Assembly (NCBI GenBank): GCA_964291265.2
Contig: OZ219747.1
Span: forward strand, 2,688,001-2,752,000
Length of the DNA: 64,000 nucleotides
DNA from: Alphaproteobacteria bacterium
GTDB lineage: Bacteria; Pseudomonadota; Alphaproteobacteria; SP197
Reading direction: 5' to 3'
Below the pieces are notes generated by a model, which was not told the origin of the DNA, did no database searches, and worked only from the letters and a program-made list of their open reading frames with translations. Shown in pieces: positions 9,005 to 19,267 of this stretch. Numbering within the stretch: position 1 is the first letter of the stretch; the number at the start of each line of letters is the position of its first letter. The position numbers and the translations under genes are program-made.

Positions 9005-10546
9005 TCAGATCTTGTATCCGAGCGACCTGGCGCCGTCGATGAAGTTCCGGTACTGGGCCTTCTGCTTGTCGAGGCCGAGTTTCTGGGCGATCTGCACCCA
9101 CTCCTCGGCCGCCTCGTCGAGCGCCTGCTGCGAGGTCAGCTCACCGGAAATGGCCTTGGAGATGTTGCGCCCGAGGGCATCGGCGTACTCCGGTGCTCCC
9201 TCCCAGAAGAACTGCGGGTAGCCCACCTCGACATTGGCAAGACCGGCATCGAGATGATTGCGGGCCCTTCCGAAGGTCTGGAAGATGCCGTCGTTCGTCG
9301 GATAGATGTCGTTCGTCCCACGCTGCGGATTGGGCTCGATGTACATCTGCGCCGCTGCATCGGTGTAGTGCGTTGCGCCGAATGGATCGGACCCGCAGTA
9401 GGGATCGGCGACGATCCTGTCGGAGTAGTCGGGATGCGACATGCGGTAGATGAAGTAGAAGGCCGCATCCTTGATGTCCTGGGGCAGGTTCGCCGGAATG
9501 GAGGCCGTCCGGCACCACAGGCTGATCGCCCGGTGGAACACCTCGCCGTCGTCGTGGACCCAGCCCGGCACGATAGCCGCACCCTGATCTTCGGCACGCT
9601 CCATGCCCTGTTGCTGGACCGTGAATTCCGCGAGATCGATCCACCACACCGACATCACGTCCGAACCCGACTGCCAGCGCTGGATGGTCGTTCCGATATC
9701 CATGGCTTCGGCGCCCGGAGGTCCGAACTTGATGATCTCCTGGTACATGTCCAGAGACTCGGCCGCCTTGCCCTGGTTGATGACCGGGTTCATGTTCTCG
9801 TCGAAGTAGTTGACGCCGGCCGAAGCGGCGATGTCCATCCAGAAACCCCATCCGAAGTTTGGTGGATTGACGACCATCGACGTGCCGTAGATGCCCTGCG
9901 AACCCAGTTCCTCGGTCATGAACTGCGTGACGTTGAGGAAGTCCGGCCATGTGCTGGGGACTTCGAGACTGGTCTGGAAGCGCTTGGAGTACTTCGACTG
10001 CAGTTCCGCGTCCTCGAAGAAGCTCTTGCGATAGTGCAGGATGTGGATGTCGCCATCCAGCATCACGCCATAGGTCTTGCCGGCCCACTTCGTATAGAAC
10101 TCGCGGTAGGCGGGCATGACCCAGTCGAGATAGGCATCGCTGCCCTCGTACTGGGCGAAGTAGTCGTCCAGGGGCTCGAGCTGCCCGGTTTCGGCGAAGG
10201 CGCCGAAGAAGAGCGAGGGATACTGCACCCAGTCGAACCTTGGATTGCGTGACAGGAGCTGCGGCAGGATCTTGGCCACGGCCTCGCCGCCATCGTAGTT
10301 CTCGCGCCCCTTGATGCCGACACCGGCTTCATTCATCAGGTGCTCCGACAGCCACAGCGGTGCATGAAGCCAGTTCGAGTCCTGGAAGTAGGTCAGCTCG
10401 ACATCATTGAAGAGCTTCTTTCCTGGAGGAACGGACTGTGCGCCCCACGACAGCCTGCCGGGAAGCTGGAGGCCAGCCGCGGCACCAGCGCCGGCGGCTA
10501 CGGATTTCATGAACTTGCGTCGTGTCCATGCACTGAATACACCCAT
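9005..10546 (-). CDS. CUT1 ABC transporter substrate-binding protein, Tat-exported
   Basis: TRRKFMK twin-arginine signal; GQLEPLDDY, LHYRK, PSTWPD, GELTSQQALDEAA. Confidence 0.9.
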   Translation of the reverse strand: MGVFSAWTRRKFMKSVAAGAGAAAGLQLPGRLSWGAQSVPPGKKLFNDVELTYFQDSNWLHAPLWLSEHLMNEAGVGIKGRENYDGGEAVAKILPQLLSRNPRFDWVQYPSLFFGAFAETGQLEPLDDYFAQYEGSDAYLDWVMPAYREFYTKWAGKTYGVMLDGDIHILHYRKSFFEDAELQSKYSKRFQTSLEVPSTWPDFLNVTQFMTEELGSQGIYGTSMVVNPPNFGWGFWMDIAASAGVNYFDENMNPVINQGKAAESLDMYQEIIKFGPPGAEAMDIGTTIQRWQSGSDVMSVWWIDLAEFTVQQQGMERAEDQGAAIVPGWVHDDGEVFHRAISLWCRTASIPANLPQDIKDAAFYFIYRMSHPDYSDRIVADPYCGSDPFGATHYTDAAAQMYIEPNPQRGTNDIYPTNDGIFQTFGRARNHLDAGLANVEVGYPQFFWEGAPEYADALGRNISKAISGELTSQQALDEAAEEWVQIAQKLGLDKQKAQYRNFIDGARSLGYKI

Positions 10547-10619
10547 GGGATTCTTCCTTTCTCCTGGTCAATGTCGGGACAGGCAACATCCTGTCCCGGA
10601 TGGTGGGCGCGTGCGGCCG

Positions 10620-11720
10620 TCAGGTCACAAGCGCTCCGGATTCGCTGTCGAAGATCATCACGTCCCGCGGGTCCAGGCTGAAGCCCGCATGATCGCCCGG
10701 CGTCATCCGGGTGTCCGGAGGCGCCAGCGCCTGCAGGGTCACGTCGCCGGTCACGATCGAGAGGATGGACTTCTCCCCGAGGTATTCGTTGATCACGACC
10801 TTGCCGCCGATCGTCGCACCATGGTCGCAAAGATGAAGGTTCTGGGGGCGGATGCCCACCATGAACTCGCGTCCCCCATGGGCATCGAGGCTCGGCATCC
10901 GATCCGCAGCCACGTCAAAGACGAGATCCGCGCCGGTGGCATGGAGCTGGATGCACCCCGCGTCGTCGCGTCGTTCCACCGGGATGAAGGTCGTCGGTGG
11001 TTCGCCGATGAAGTCGGCCACGAACATGTTCGCGGGACGGTTGTAGAGCGTGTTGCGGTTGCCGACCTGCTGGAGTTCGGCGTTCGACATCACGGCAACC
11101 CTGTCCGCCAGCGCCAGGGCCTCCACCTGATCGTGCGTGACATAGATCATGGTGCGCCGGAGTTCCTGGTGAAGTCGCTTGAGGTCAAACAGCATCTGGA
11201 ACTTGAGGTGGGCATCGAGGTGGCTCATCACCTCGTCGAGAATGAACACCGCCGGCTCTCGAATCAAGGCCCGTCCCAGGCTGACGCGCTGCTGCTGACC
11301 GCCGGAGAGGACCGGTGGCTTGGCCGGGAGGATTTCGGTGATGCGCAGCAGTTCCGCCAGGTCCCGGGCACGGCGGCGCCTTTCTTCATGAGGCACACCG
11401 CGCACCTCAAGAGGAAAGGCGAGGTTCTCCTCGACGGTGAAGTTCGGGTAGAGGGCATAGGTCTCGAAGGCCATGGCCACGTTGCGATCCCTGGGCTCGA
11501 GATCGTTGACGCGCAGGTCGCCGAAGTGGATGGCGCCGGAGGTGATCGGTTCGAGACCGACGATCATGCGCAGCGTCGAGGTCTTGCCGCATCCGGATGG
11601 GCCCAGCAACGCCATGAATTCACCATCCGACACCGCGAGGTCGAGGTCGCGCACCGCGTGAACGCGTGCCCGTCCGGACCCGTAGATCTTGTTGACCTTG
11701 TTCAGTGTCACGTTCGACAT
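10620..11720 (-). CDS. ABC transporter ATP-binding subunit (MalK-like)
   Basis: GPSGCGKT, LSGGQQQR, ILDE, YVTHDQ. Confidence 0.95.
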   Translation of the reverse strand: MSNVTLNKVNKIYGSGRARVHAVRDLDLAVSDGEFMALLGPSGCGKTSTLRMIVGLEPITSGAIHFGDLRVNDLEPRDRNVAMAFETYALYPNFTVEENLAFPLEVRGVPHEERRRRARDLAELLRITEILPAKPPVLSGGQQQRVSLGRALIREPAVFILDEVMSHLDAHLKFQMLFDLKRLHQELRRTMIYVTHDQVEALALADRVAVMSNAELQQVGNRNTLYNRPANMFVADFIGEPPTTFIPVERRDDAGCIQLHATGADLVFDVAADRMPSLDAHGGREFMVGIRPQNLHLCDHGATIGGKVVINEYLGEKSILSIVTGDVTLQALAPPDTRMTPGDHAGFSLDPRDVMIFDSESGALVT

Positions 11721-11721
11721 G

Positions 11722-12816
11722 TTACAACAACAGGTTGCGCCCGTCGGCCGGGCTGAACAGGTAGAGAGCGTCGGGGTTCCATGCCAGGGTGACCATCTCT
11801 CCGTGGTCGAACGCGCGTTCGGGCCGTGTGAGGGCCGTCAGTCTGACACCACCGGCATCCACGATCATGACGCCCGTGGAACCCAGCGCCTCGAAGAGGT
11901 CGATACGGCCCTCGAGCGCCATGCCCTCGGGCAGTTCATCCGCCGGACGCAGATGCTGGGGCCGCAGGCCGACGGTCACCCGGTGTTGCCGCACCCGCGC
12001 CAGGGCCGAACGATGGGCCGGTGAAATCGGCAGGCGAAGTGTTCCGGCGCGGGCCTCCAGACGGTCGTCCACGTCGACGAGTTCGGCCTCGATGGCATTG
12101 ATGGTGGGTTGCCCCAGATGCTCGGCGACAAACAGCGTCGCCGGCTGTTCGAAGAGTTCCCGCGGATTGCCGACCTGGATCAGGTGGCCGCCGTTGCCCA
12201 TGACGGCAATCCTGTCCCCCAGCGACAGCGCTTCGGCATAGTCGTGCGTGACGTAGACGGTCGCCACCCGGCGCAGGTCTTCCAGGGTGTGGAACTGGCT
12301 GCGCAACTCGTGCCGGATGCGCGCGTCGAGATGGCTGATCGGCTCGTCCAGCAGGAAGACCTGGGGGTCGGCAACCAGGGTGCGGCCAAGCGCGGTCCGC
12401 TGCTTCTGGCCGCCCGAGATCTCTCCGGGCTTGCGCTCGAGCAGCGTGTCGATGCGCAGAAGGCGCGTCACCTCCCCGACACGCCGCCTGATCTCGTTCC
12501 CGGGAAGACCTCGCGCCCTGAGCGGCGAGGCGATGTTCGCGGCCACGGTCATGTGAGGATAGAGGGCGTAGCTCTCGAAGGTCATCGCCACATCGCGGCG
12601 GTAGGGAGGAACCCGCGTGACATCGCGGTCACCGACGAGGATGCGCCCGCGATCCGGCGTTTCGAGGCCCGCCACGAGTCGCAGCAGCGTGGTCTTGCCG
12701 ATACCTGACGGGCCGACGATGACCAGGAACTCGCCTTCCTCGACATCGAGCGAGAGATCGTCGATGACCGGAAAGTCCCAGCCCTTGCACAGCCCTTCGA
12801 TCGCCAGTCGCGCCAT
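11722..12816 (-). CDS. Second ABC transporter ATP-binding subunit
   Basis: Start MARLAIEGL at 12816; GPSGIGKT, ISGGQKQR, LLDEP. Confidence 0.95.
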   Translation of the reverse strand: MARLAIEGLCKGWDFPVIDDLSLDVEEGEFLVIVGPSGIGKTTLLRLVAGLETPDRGRILVGDRDVTRVPPYRRDVAMTFESYALYPHMTVAANIASPLRARGLPGNEIRRRVGEVTRLLRIDTLLERKPGEISGGQKQRTALGRTLVADPQVFLLDEPISHLDARIRHELRSQFHTLEDLRRVATVYVTHDYAEALSLGDRIAVMGNGGHLIQVGNPRELFEQPATLFVAEHLGQPTINAIEAELVDVDDRLEARAGTLRLPISPAHRSALARVRQHRVTVGLRPQHLRPADELPEGMALEGRIDLFEALGSTGVMIVDAGGVRLTALTRPERAFDHGEMVTLAWNPDALYLFSPADGRNLLL

Positions 12817-13670
12817 CAGCCCTTGACCACCCCCAGAGACAGGCCGCGCACCATGTAGCGACGCAGCAGGATGAACAGGGTCACGGGGGGAATCATGGCG
12901 ATCAGAGAGAACGCCATCTGCAGGTTCCACAGTGTCTGGGAACCATGCGTGAACGTGGGAATGACGATGGTATAGGTGCGCACGTCGGTGCCGACAAACA
13001 GGTTGGCGAACAGGTACTCGTTCCAGGCGAAGATCCAGCACAACATCGCCACCGAGATCATTCCAGGCAGCACCAGGGGCAGGGTGATGCGCATGAAGGC
13101 GCGCAACGGGGTCCAGCCGTCGAGGTAGGCGGCTTCCTCGAGCTCGCGGGGCGCATCGCGGAAGAACACCATCATCAGCCAGGTAGCCAGCGGCAGGTTG
13201 AAAACGAGGTAGAGGATGATGAGCGACCAGATCGAATCGGTGCCCCACGGAGTCGAATCGAAGAGAAAGAACATCGGCACCAGGATGGCGACCGGGGGAA
13301 ACATGCGATTCGAGAGTATCCAGAAGGCAAGGTTCTCTCCCCCGGCCTGGCGCGGGAAGCGGGCAAAGGCATAGCCGGCGAGGGTGCCGAGAAACAGCGA
13401 CAGCACGGTGTTGACCGTGGCGATGACGAAACTGTCGACCAGCGCGTCGAAGTTGGTCGCCTCGGCGAAGACCGCGGCGAAGTTGCCGAATGCGAGGAGT
13501 TCGGGCCAGAAGGTCGGCACCGTGAGATTGGTCTCGGCGGTCGTCTTGAGGGCCGTGATGATCATGAAGTAGAGCGGGAACAGGGTGAACAGGAGCCACA
13601 GCCCCAGGAAGGCCAGGAACAGCACGCGGACGTGCCTCCACCGGTCGTCGGGTCCTGCCGGGTCCGCCAT
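12816..13670 (-). CDS. Carbohydrate ABC permease
   Basis: ELEEAAYLDG EAA motif, AWNEYLFA, hydrophobic helices. Confidence 0.95.
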   Translation of the reverse strand: MADPAGPDDRWRHVRVLFLAFLGLWLLFTLFPLYFMIITALKTTAETNLTVPTFWPELLAFGNFAAVFAEATNFDALVDSFVIATVNTVLSLFLGTLAGYAFARFPRQAGGENLAFWILSNRMFPPVAILVPMFFLFDSTPWGTDSIWSLIILYLVFNLPLATWLMMVFFRDAPRELEEAAYLDGWTPLRAFMRITLPLVLPGMISVAMLCWIFAWNEYLFANLFVGTDVRTYTIVIPTFTHGSQTLWNLQMAFSLIAMIPPVTLFILLRRYMVRGLSLGVVKG

Positions 13671-13673
13671 CGC

Positions 13674-14648
13674 TCAGGCAAGTCCCTGGGCGCGCATGAC
13701 GCGCTTCATATACTGCAGGAAGAGCGTGACGAGGATCGCCGAGATGGCGAAGATGATGATCGCATAGGCGGCGGCTTCACCGATCGCGAACTCGCGGATA
13801 CCGCGCTGGAAGGCAATGTAGGTCGGCAGTTCCGATGTCTGCGCCGGTCCCCCCGATGTCATGACGTACACCAGGTCGACGAACTTGAAGGCGTCCGTGA
13901 ACCGCAGGATGAAGGCGATGGCGATGACTTCCTTCAGCATGGGAAGGGTGATGCGCCGCACCACCTTCCACTGGCTCGCGCCATCGACGCGGGCGGCCTC
14001 GTAGACTGCCGGGGGCAGGCTGACACGTCCGGAATAGATGATCAGCAACGGCAGCGCCGTCCAGTTCCACACGTCGGCAATGATGATCGACCACAGCGAA
14101 ACTCCGGCATTGAACCACTCGATGTGAGCGGAGATCAGGCCGAGGTCGAGGAGTGCCTGGTTGACGGCGCCGTTGGAAGGCGTCAGCAGGAAGCGCCAGA
14201 GAACGCCGACGATCGAAGGTGGCAGCATCATCGGCAGGACCAGGAGAATCAGGATGATGGTGCGCCACAGGTTGGACTTGACGACTTCGTAGAGCGTCAG
14301 CGCCAGGATGCCGCCGAGGATGACCTGGAGCACGGCTCCGAACGAAAGGTACTGCAGGAGGTGGACCAGACTGTCCTGGAAGCGGTCCGAACCGAACACG
14401 GTGCCATAGTTGGCAAATCCCACATACGCGTGATTTCCGGTGAAGAGGCCCGTGATGTTGGTGTCACGCAACGAGTGATAGAACATCCAGATGGTGGGGT
14501 AGACGACGATGGCGAAGAGAACGGCCACCGGCAGTCCGACCATGGCGACAGGCACCCAGCGGGCCACGATGAGGGGCCGCTGCCGCCGCTTGCCATCGAA
14601 CCAGTCGGGATAGGTCGAGGGGTCACCCCTGACAATCGCCTGGTGCAC
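13674..14648 (-). CDS. Carbohydrate ABC permease
   Basis: YVGFANY, YEAARVDGA, TSGGP; GTG start after GGAG. Confidence 0.92.
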   Translation of the reverse strand: MHQAIVRGDPSTYPDWFDGKRRQRPLIVARWVPVAMVGLPVAVLFAIVVYPTIWMFYHSLRDTNITGLFTGNHAYVGFANYGTVFGSDRFQDSLVHLLQYLSFGAVLQVILGGILALTLYEVVKSNLWRTIILILLVLPMMLPPSIVGVLWRFLLTPSNGAVNQALLDLGLISAHIEWFNAGVSLWSIIIADVWNWTALPLLIIYSGRVSLPPAVYEAARVDGASQWKVVRRITLPMLKEVIAIAFILRFTDAFKFVDLVYVMTSGGPAQTSELPTYIAFQRGIREFAIGEAAAYAIIIFAISAILVTLFLQYMKRVMRAQGLA

Positions 14649-14877
14649 GCTCAACACTCCGGGAGGAACAGACACACCGGCCCATCGCGGACCGACCTCC
14701 GATCCCGAGGCATGCAAGCGAGGAACCCCCGGCCATCAGGAACGGACGGGCGACGCTACACGAGATCAGGGCGGGCGTAAATGACGCATGCAGCGCCTGA
14801 CGGAACGCCGCACTGGACAGTCTGCCCGACTCTGGCGAGTCTTCCCCGGTTCGGCTCGGACCAGGGGAGTACGTGAC

Positions 14878-16170
14878 GTGAACATTGACGTGCCGAAGGC
14901 CTATGTGCCGCAGACGCCGGAGAGCCTGCCCGGACTGCTCGGCAGGGTCGCGGTGATCCGTGACCTCCTGGGAGGCAGGCCCGACGCGTGGGACGTCGAG
15001 GAAGTCGGTGACGGCAATCTCAATCTGGTCTTCAAGGTGCGCGGTCCCGAAGGCGGCATTGCCGTCAAGCAGGCGCTTCCCTATGTCCGCCTGATTGGCG
15101 AGAGCTGGCCACTGCCCCTGACGCGGGCGCATTTCGAGCATCTCGCCCTGGTTCGCCAGGCCCGTCACGCTCCGGGGCTCACGCCGGAGGTCATCCACTA
15201 CGACGCCGACATGGCGCTCATCGCCATGGAACTCCTGGAGCCTCACATCATCATGCGCCACGGCATGATCGACGGCATCGTCTATCCGTCGTTCGCCGGA
15301 GCCCTGTCGACGTTTGCCGCCTCGACCCTCTTCCACACGTCGGACCTTGCGATGGCGGCAATCGACAAGAAGGCCCTTGTGGCCGACTTTGCCGGCAACT
15401 CGGCGCTGTGCGCCATCACCGAGAATCTGATCTTCACCGAACCCTACATGGTTGCCGACAACAACCGGTGGACCTCACCGCACCTCGACGGACTGGCGGC
15501 GTCCATTCGCGCTGACGGCGACCTCAAGATGGCCGTGTCGCGGCTCAAGGTGAAGTTCATGTCCTCGGCCGAGGCCATGATTCACGGTGACCTCCATACG
15601 GGCTCCATCATGGTGACGCAGACCGACACGCGGATCATCGATCCGGAGTTCGCCTTCGTCGGTCCGATGGGCTTCGACACCGGAGCCGTGATCGCCAACC
15701 TGCTGTTGAACTACTTCTCACAGATCGGTCACGAGTCGACCCCCGGTGCCCGGGATTCCTACCGGGACTGGGTGCTTGGCAGCATCGAGGAGTTCTGGAA
15801 CGGCTTCCGCACCGGGTTCCTGGCCCTGTGGAGAAACGAGGGAAAGGGCGATGCCTACCCGACGGTTCTCTTCGAGGACCCGGTTGCCCGGATACGCCTG
15901 GCCAGCGAACAGGAACGCTACATGGCGGGCCTGTTCAGGGACACGCTGGGGTTTGCGGCCGCCAAGATGATCCGCCGCATCCTCGGTCTGGCCCACAACA
16001 TCGACCTCGAGAACATCGCGGACGCCAACGTGCGCGCCACCGCCGAGGCAAGGGCCCTCATGATGGCGCGCTCCCTCATGACCGGCTCGGGAGACTATGG
16101 GTCGATCGAGGCCGTCACTGCCGCTGCCCGTCAATGGAACGCCATCGACCCCTTCGGCGCGACGGAATGA
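14878..16170 (+). CDS. mtnK: S-methyl-5-thioribose kinase
   Basis: EVGDGNLNLVF, KQALPYVR..GESWPL, IHGDLHTGS, IDPEFAF.GPMGFD. Confidence 0.95.
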   Translation: MNIDVPKAYVPQTPESLPGLLGRVAVIRDLLGGRPDAWDVEEVGDGNLNLVFKVRGPEGGIAVKQALPYVRLIGESWPLPLTRAHFEHLALVRQARHAPGLTPEVIHYDADMALIAMELLEPHIIMRHGMIDGIVYPSFAGALSTFAASTLFHTSDLAMAAIDKKALVADFAGNSALCAITENLIFTEPYMVADNNRWTSPHLDGLAASIRADGDLKMAVSRLKVKFMSSAEAMIHGDLHTGSIMVTQTDTRIIDPEFAFVGPMGFDTGAVIANLLLNYFSQIGHESTPGARDSYRDWVLGSIEEFWNGFRTGFLALWRNEGKGDAYPTVLFEDPVARIRLASEQERYMAGLFRDTLGFAAAKMIRRILGLAHNIDLENIADANVRATAEARALMMARSLMTGSGDYGSIEAVTAAARQWNAIDPFGATE

Positions 16171-16193
16171 AGCACAGGGGGGGTGGGAAGCGG

Positions 16194-17111
16194 TCAGTCT
16201 CCGTCCAGGTGGCGCCGGAGGAAGGCCGCGATGTCACGCAGGGAACGGTCGGCCTCCGGCAGTTCGTCGTAGAATTCGAAGACATGCCACAGGTCGTCCC
16301 AGACGCGGAGTGTGACGTCCGCGCCGGCGCTCTCGAGGACAGTGGCAAGGGTCCTGTTCTGGTCAAGAAAGAGATCGCGTGTTCCCGTGGTGATCATGAC
16401 CGGGGGAAGGGGCTCGTTCCACGTGCCCCGCAGGGGAGAAAGCCCGGGATGGGTCAACTCGCGTCCTCCTGAATAGAGCTGCGCCGCCTGGCGAACCAGT
16501 TCGAGGGTCAGCGTCGGATCACGGCCGTCATTGCTGCGGTGACTGTCACCTTCGTGCGTCAGGTCACTCCACGGTGACAGCAGGGCCACGGCGACCGGCA
16601 TGGAGGCGCCGGCCTCCATGGAACGTCTCAGCAGGCAGAGTGCCGCATTGCCTCCCGCTGACTCGCCGGCGAGGGCGAGCGGACCGCACGACGGGTCGTC
16701 CGAGACAGCAGCGTGAACCGCCATGCAATCGTCGATGGGGCCCGGATAGGGATGTTCCGGCGCCACGCGGTACCAGGGAGCCACCACCCGCACCCCGGCA
16801 CGTGCGGCGAGAGCGGCACTGACGATGAGGTCCTCGCGCGGGCTGCCCATGATGTATCCTCCACCGTAGCAGTAGAGGACCGTTCCGGGCCTGCGGTCGG
16901 TGCGGGGAATGATCTCGAGACAGGCGGTTCCACCCAGCATGATCTCCCGCACCTCGACGGGGTGGCGGTCAAGGGCACGCTTTATCCTGGGAGCAAACTC
17001 GGCAGCGACCTTCGCCCTGGTCGCTGCCAGGTTGTCCCGCGTCACGTTGCGGGGAGGCTCATCAAGGCTGGCGGCGATGAACGCCCGCGCCTCGTCGCTG
17101 CACGATGTCAT
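16194..17111 (-). CDS. Alpha/beta hydrolase, HSL-family esterase
   Basis: YGGGY, YRVAPEHPYP, GESAGG, LWHVF. Confidence 0.92.
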   Translation of the reverse strand: MTSCSDEARAFIAASLDEPPRNVTRDNLAATRAKVAAEFAPRIKRALDRHPVEVREIMLGGTACLEIIPRTDRRPGTVLYCYGGGYIMGSPREDLIVSAALAARAGVRVVAPWYRVAPEHPYPGPIDDCMAVHAAVSDDPSCGPLALAGESAGGNAALCLLRRSMEAGASMPVAVALLSPWSDLTHEGDSHRSNDGRDPTLTLELVRQAAQLYSGGRELTHPGLSPLRGTWNEPLPPVMITTGTRDLFLDQNRTLATVLESAGADVTLRVWDDLWHVFEFYDELPEADRSLRDIAAFLRRHLDGD

Positions 17112-17129
17112 CGCGGCGCCATCTGGTGG

Positions 17130-18764
17130 TCAGCTTCGGCAAATGTCGGCATGCGAAGGCTCCAGCGGATCGTGGCCACGTATCGTGTCGGCAAGCTTCT
17201 CGGCCACCATGAGCACCGGGGCATTGAGGTTCGCCGTCACGTTGTGCGGCATGATCGAGGCGTCGACAACGCGCAGCGCGTCGGTGTCGTGCACCCGTCC
17301 CTGGTGGTCCGTCACCGAGTTGTCCCCGGTTCCCATGCGGCATGTCGAGCAGGGGTGGTACTCGGAAGAGCACGCTGCCGCCAGCCAGGCCCTTGTCTCC
17401 GCGTCGCTCCGGACATCTTCGCCGGGCATGAGTTCACCGGCACTCCACGGTTCGAATGCCGGTTGGCGCGCCATCTCGCGGGTTCGTTCCAGGGCCTTCA
17501 CCATCACGTCCGCATCGTGGTCATGCTGGAGATAGTTGAAGACGATGGCCGGCGCCTGGCGCGGGTCGGCAGACCTCAGCCACACCCGGCCGCGGCTCTT
17601 CGGGCGCATGAGTCCCAGGGAGAACATGAAGCCCGGCGCCGCGTTCGCGTCCTCTTCATCGGCAAGACCGCTCATGGCATAGAACTCGTGCTGCATGTCG
17701 CAGTAGAGAGCATCGGCAGAACTGGAGAAGAAGGCTCCGGTTTCACACAGCGTCGACGCTGCGGCGCCGCGCCTCGCCAGCAGCCACGCCAGACCGGTTC
17801 CGGCGCGCCGCCAGCCCCTGAGCCGGTGCGACACCGACAGCGGCCGTCTTTCGCCGTGGACGATCTGGACGATCGGGTGATCCTCGAGACCGTGTCCGAC
17901 GAAGGGTACCTCCGCCACGAGCGGGATAGCGTGTTCGGCGAGGTGAGCCGGATCGCCGATGCCCGAGAGCAGAAGGAGCTGGGGCGAGTTGATGGCGCCG
18001 CCGGCGACGATGACCTCCTGCAGGGCTTCCTGACGGCGTGCCTCCCCCCTGTTCGCGACCACGACGCCGACTGCCCTCCTGCCGTCGAAGACGATGCGAT
18101 GGACCAGGGCCTGGTCCATCAGGGTGAGATTGGGCCGGCTGAGGGCCGGTTTCAGGTAGCCGGACGCCGCACTCCAGCGCCGTCCCCGATGCGTGAAGCT
18201 CTGGGCGACATGAAACCCCTCGTGGTGCGCACCGTTCTGATCGTCCGTGACGCGGTATCCGGCCTGCCGGCCGGCTTCCAGAAAGGCCCGGTCATAGGCA
18301 TGCTCCGCCGCGCACGTCTCGATGAACTGCGGGCCCCGGTCGCCTCGCCAGGCATCTGCGCCGCGATCGAAGGTCTCGCTCTTGCGAAAGTAGGGCAGAC
18401 AACGGGCGAAGGACCAGTCGTCCAGGCCTTCGCTCGCCCACTGGTCATAGTCCCGGGGATTGCCGCGGTTGGCGACCATGCCGTTGATCGACGACGACCC
18501 GCCCAGGACTCGTCCGCGGCGGGCCCGGATCCTGCGGCCATGCAGAAAGGGCTCCGGTTCGCTCACGTACCCCCAGCCAAACCGCGGATCCCGGGCGGCC
18601 ATTGCCGCAGCCGCCGGCATGGAGATGGCAAGCCCCCGGTCGTGGCCTCCCGCCTCGATCAGCAGCACCCGCACACCCGGATCCTCGCTCAGGCGGTTCG
18701 CCAGCACGCACCCGGCGGTCCCCGCACCGATGATGATGATGTCGTGAGGCGCCGAACGTTCCAT
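17130..18764 (-). CDS. GMC oxidoreductase (choline dehydrogenase-like)
   Basis: IIGAGTAG, GRVLGGSSSINGM, GAINSPQLLLLSGIG, YHPCSTCRMG, VVDASIMP. Confidence 0.95.
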   Translation of the reverse strand: MERSAPHDIIIIGAGTAGCVLANRLSEDPGVRVLLIEAGGHDRGLAISMPAAAAMAARDPRFGWGYVSEPEPFLHGRRIRARRGRVLGGSSSINGMVANRGNPRDYDQWASEGLDDWSFARCLPYFRKSETFDRGADAWRGDRGPQFIETCAAEHAYDRAFLEAGRQAGYRVTDDQNGAHHEGFHVAQSFTHRGRRWSAASGYLKPALSRPNLTLMDQALVHRIVFDGRRAVGVVVANRGEARRQEALQEVIVAGGAINSPQLLLLSGIGDPAHLAEHAIPLVAEVPFVGHGLEDHPIVQIVHGERRPLSVSHRLRGWRRAGTGLAWLLARRGAAASTLCETGAFFSSSADALYCDMQHEFYAMSGLADEEDANAAPGFMFSLGLMRPKSRGRVWLRSADPRQAPAIVFNYLQHDHDADVMVKALERTREMARQPAFEPWSAGELMPGEDVRSDAETRAWLAAACSSEYHPCSTCRMGTGDNSVTDHQGRVHDTDALRVVDASIMPHNVTANLNAPVLMVAEKLADTIRGHDPLEPSHADICRS

Positions 18765-18980
18765 GGTGCGAGTGTTCCCTGACCGCACCACGAACGCAAA
18801 GGAAGAACGCGCATGACCCCGCCATCACGCCCCGACATGCGTTCGATATCGGCAGTCTTCGACACCATTCCCGGGGCCATGACCCGCGTGCAGTTCCTCG
18901 GCGAACGTGATGATCTTGACAACACCCTGACCTGATGATGTCAAAGCGTGGAATCGCTTGACCATGAAGAAGACCGGGGC

Positions 18981-19040
18981 TGTCGCCATGGCTTGCCGCG
19001 TTTAGCGCAGGCCGGGACCCGTCCCGACCCGGCCATGACA
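18981..19040. repeat. REP-like imperfect palindrome near the left edge of the lower-GC cassette
   Basis: GGCCGGG...CCCGGCCATGAC, resembling the alphaproteobacterial GTCATGGCCGGG..CCCGGCCATGAC element. Confidence 0.45.
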
Positions 19041-19267
19041 ACGAAGGAAAGAACCAGATCCATCACGATCCGATCGAGACAGGCCCGGCGGCGGCAGTCT
19101 TGCCTTCACGAATAACAGTGGGTGCGTGAAAGGTGGCATGGCACTGGATTGCACGGCCCCGATGAGCGACAATCAACCGTCAGGTGAGCGTGTCTTGCAT
19201 CGTGCCCGGCAGCGAAGGAAGCAAGTCTGGCGCAACAGCCAGCAGAACGCTCCCGAGGAGTGATACG

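Noticed and set aside
14650-14877. SAM riboswitch upstream of mtnK or the ABC operon
   Set aside because: No SAM-II or other riboswitch consensus recognised on either strand
2451-18782. Long antisense ORFs such as 2451-4094, 12945-14780 and 16713-18782
   Set aside because: They are shadows of well-supported genes on the opposite strand, expected at high GC
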